From: Selaginella moellendorffii
Lineage: Eukaryota > Plantae > Lycopodiophyta
DNA length: 64,000 nucleotides
Reading direction: 5' to 3'
Assembly: GCF_000143415.4 (NCBI RefSeq)
Contig: NW_003314296.1
Location: 1,339,858 to 1,403,857, forward strand
Part shown: positions 62,249 through 64,000 of the stretch, one piece after another
Layout of the letters: each line of letters starts with the position of its first letter
Position numbering within the stretch: position 1 is the first letter of the stretch
Translations under genes and position numbers: made by a program
The notes under the pieces: model-generated
What the model saw: only the letters and a program-made list of their open reading frames with translations
Told to the model about the DNA's origin: nothing
Database searches by the model: none

Positions 62249-62352
62249 AAACCCTAGCGCGTGAGCCCTAACCCTAGCTAGCACTTTAAAGTAACGTGGC
62301 GAGTGACGTGGTAAAAACGTGGCGACATTTTTTGCCAACGCACATGCCACGT
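62249..62352. promoter_or_regulatory. RPL39 promoter: telo-box-like motifs and four ACGTGG motifs
   Basis: AAACCCTAG at 62249 and AACCCTAG at ~62270; ACGTGG x3 and CCACGT at 62293-62352. Confidence 0.6.
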
Positions 62353-62466
62353 AGACTTTCAGCTGAAAACGGCCTGTACATATTACTTCACTGAAGAGAA
62401 AAAAGAACGAACGAAACGAGAGAAAGAGAGGAAAAAAAGAAAACTATCGAGGAAGAAGATCGATCA

Positions 62467-64000
62467 TTACGGCTGCTGTTGTTGTTGCTGCTGCTGCTGG
62501 TTGATCCCCACACTCGCCGCCTTCTTGCTGCTCACAAGGTAGCCATTCCTCGAGTGATGCAAGCCTTCGAGCGTCTTGGCCTCGAGCTCCGCGATCGACT
62601 TCTGGAGGAGCTGCTCCTTGCGCTGCTGCTCCAGCGTAGTCAATCCAATCTCGCCCTCCGAGCAAGCCTGCTTGTGATGCACCAGGACGCTGCTCGTCGT
62701 CGCCGATCGCTCCACTCCCCTGCTCGAGGCCTTGTCTCTCTCGCAAATCCCACCACCAATCCTCAGAGCCTGCCGCTGCTCCAGCGATCCCTGTTGCTGC
62801 TTCCCCGGCTCTACAGCTTCTCTACCACTAAACTCTCCCACCATCTCGGAGCTCGGCCTCTCCGAGCACGTCGCGTCCACGAATCTCTCCGAGCCGTCGA
62901 ACAGCGTCTCGTATCTCAGCGCGCCCGGCTCGCAAAGCCCATTCTCCTTCCTGCCCGTCGCGTCTTGTTGGCTGAGGAAGCTACACTCGGGCCACGTCCC
63001 CGCCGGCTTGAGCGTCCGTTCCAGCTCCGGAGCTAGCGACGTTGCCTTGGCTATGTCCACCAAGTCGGCGAAGCAATCGTTGCTGCATGAAGCGGACGAT
63101 GGACTCGACGGCGGCCTGTGGTGGTCTTCCACTGCTCTCTCCTGGTCGAAGAAGCAAAATCCTTCGTCGGGCTTGCACACGGCGCTCAAAGAAGTTGATG
63201 GTGACGACGAAGTGCCGGCTGTGCTGATCCTGTAGGCTGTGGACGTCTCCCCAGCGTCGCAGTCGAATGGAAGAGCTTCTTGAGCTGCAGTGTCCACCGC
63301 CTGCGAAGCCACCAGTTGCTGCAAGTCGAAGTCCGTGTCCAGCAGCCGGCTCAACGAGTCCATGTTTTGGTTGTGCGGGCTGGACTGAGGAGAGCTCAGG
63401 CTGCTACTGCGCTTGCACCGGCACCTATTCCTTATCTCCAAAAGAGCCGACTCGTGCTTCCTTTGCAGCTCCCTCAGCTCCTGCTCTTGTCGCAGCGCTA
63501 GCAGCTTTAACTCCCGGGCAATGGACTCATCTTGCTCGGCCGAACTTGTTGTAACCGCGGCTACTGTTGTTGTTGTTGCTGCTGCTACTGCTGCTACTGC
63601 TATGTCGGAGCTACCTTCTGGACCGCTAACTGCATCCTCCGAGGTCTCCACCACCATCTGCTGCTCTGGACACCCGCTGCTCTTGATGGTAACCAGCACC
63701 TCGTTGCAGCCAGCCCCGTCCGAGTCCACGTTTTGATGCTCCACAATCTTGAGAAGATTCGTTGGCGTCTGCTCGGTTTTCACGTCCAAGCAAAAGGTTC
63801 CCTGACAGGTTGCCACCGGAGAGCTGACTTCTCCTGTGAGATCCCAGTCATCGCCATCCTCGCGAATTTCCGAGGAACCACTTGAGAAGATGTGAGGTGC
63901 ATCATACTGGTCGGATCCTTCCGGGTGATATGTGACCTCTTCAAATCTGCCGTGCATGGAGGACGAAGTGCCCTCCAGTCGAGGAGAATACGACAAGGGC
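62467..64000 (-). CDS. 3' terminal exon of a probable WNK-family kinase (kinase domain outside the window)
   Basis: Coiled coil IARELKLLALRQEQELRELQRKH and C-terminal LQKSIAELEAKTLEGL resemble plant WNK C-termini. The ORF runs to the window edge. Confidence 0.6.
   Translation of the reverse strand, partial: PLSYSPRLEGTSSSMHGRFEEVTYHPEGSDQYDAPHIFSSGSSEIREDGDDWDLTGEVSSPVATCQGTFCLDVKTEQTPTNLLKIVEHQNVDSDGAGCNEVLVTIKSSGCPEQQMVVETSEDAVSGPEGSSDIAVAAVAAATTTTVAAVTTSSAEQDESIARELKLLALRQEQELRELQRKHESALLEIRNRCRCKRSSSLSSPQSSPHNQNMDSLSRLLDTDFDLQQLVASQAVDTAAQEALPFDCDAGETSTAYRISTAGTSSSPSTSLSAVCKPDEGFCFFDQERAVEDHHRPPSSPSSASCSNDCFADLVDIAKATSLAPELERTLKPAGTWPECSFLSQQDATGRKENGLCEPGALRYETLFDGSERFVDATCSERPSSEMVGEFSGREAVEPGKQQQGSLEQRQALRIGGGICERDKASSRGVERSATTSSVLVHHKQACSEGEIGLTTLEQQRKEQLLQKSIAELEAKTLEGLHHSRNGYLVSSKKAASVGINQQQQQQQQQP

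Overview
Eukaryotic plant genomic DNA. The ~50-nt introns, SIG5, BOP and Tcn1-like chromoviruses suggest a non-seed land plant such as the lycophyte Selaginella (inference). Bases 1-~53.7 kb are a nested LTR-retrotransposon cluster in AT-rich DNA. It holds a non-coding LARD-like family (A: 13457-21014, inside an older copy at 8640-22578, itself inside a family-E LTR), a self-priming Tcn1/Tf1-sushi-like chromovirus (C: 23660-36966) with a younger chromovirus inside it (B: 27965-35475), several relics, and one AT-rich bulb-lectin ORF. Bases 53.7-64 kb are gene-dense: SIG5, a BOP-type BTB-ankyrin gene, RPL39 and the 3' end of a probable WNK kinase. The most notable observation is that the young element B has its integrase interrupted by two host-like GT-AG introns (47 and 52 nt), and removing them exactly restores a 1557-aa Gag-Pol. 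B also shares its PBS, PPT, an LTR core block and a structured tRNA-like 3' RNA module with the non-coding family A. Coordinates were counted by hand and may be off by a few bases.
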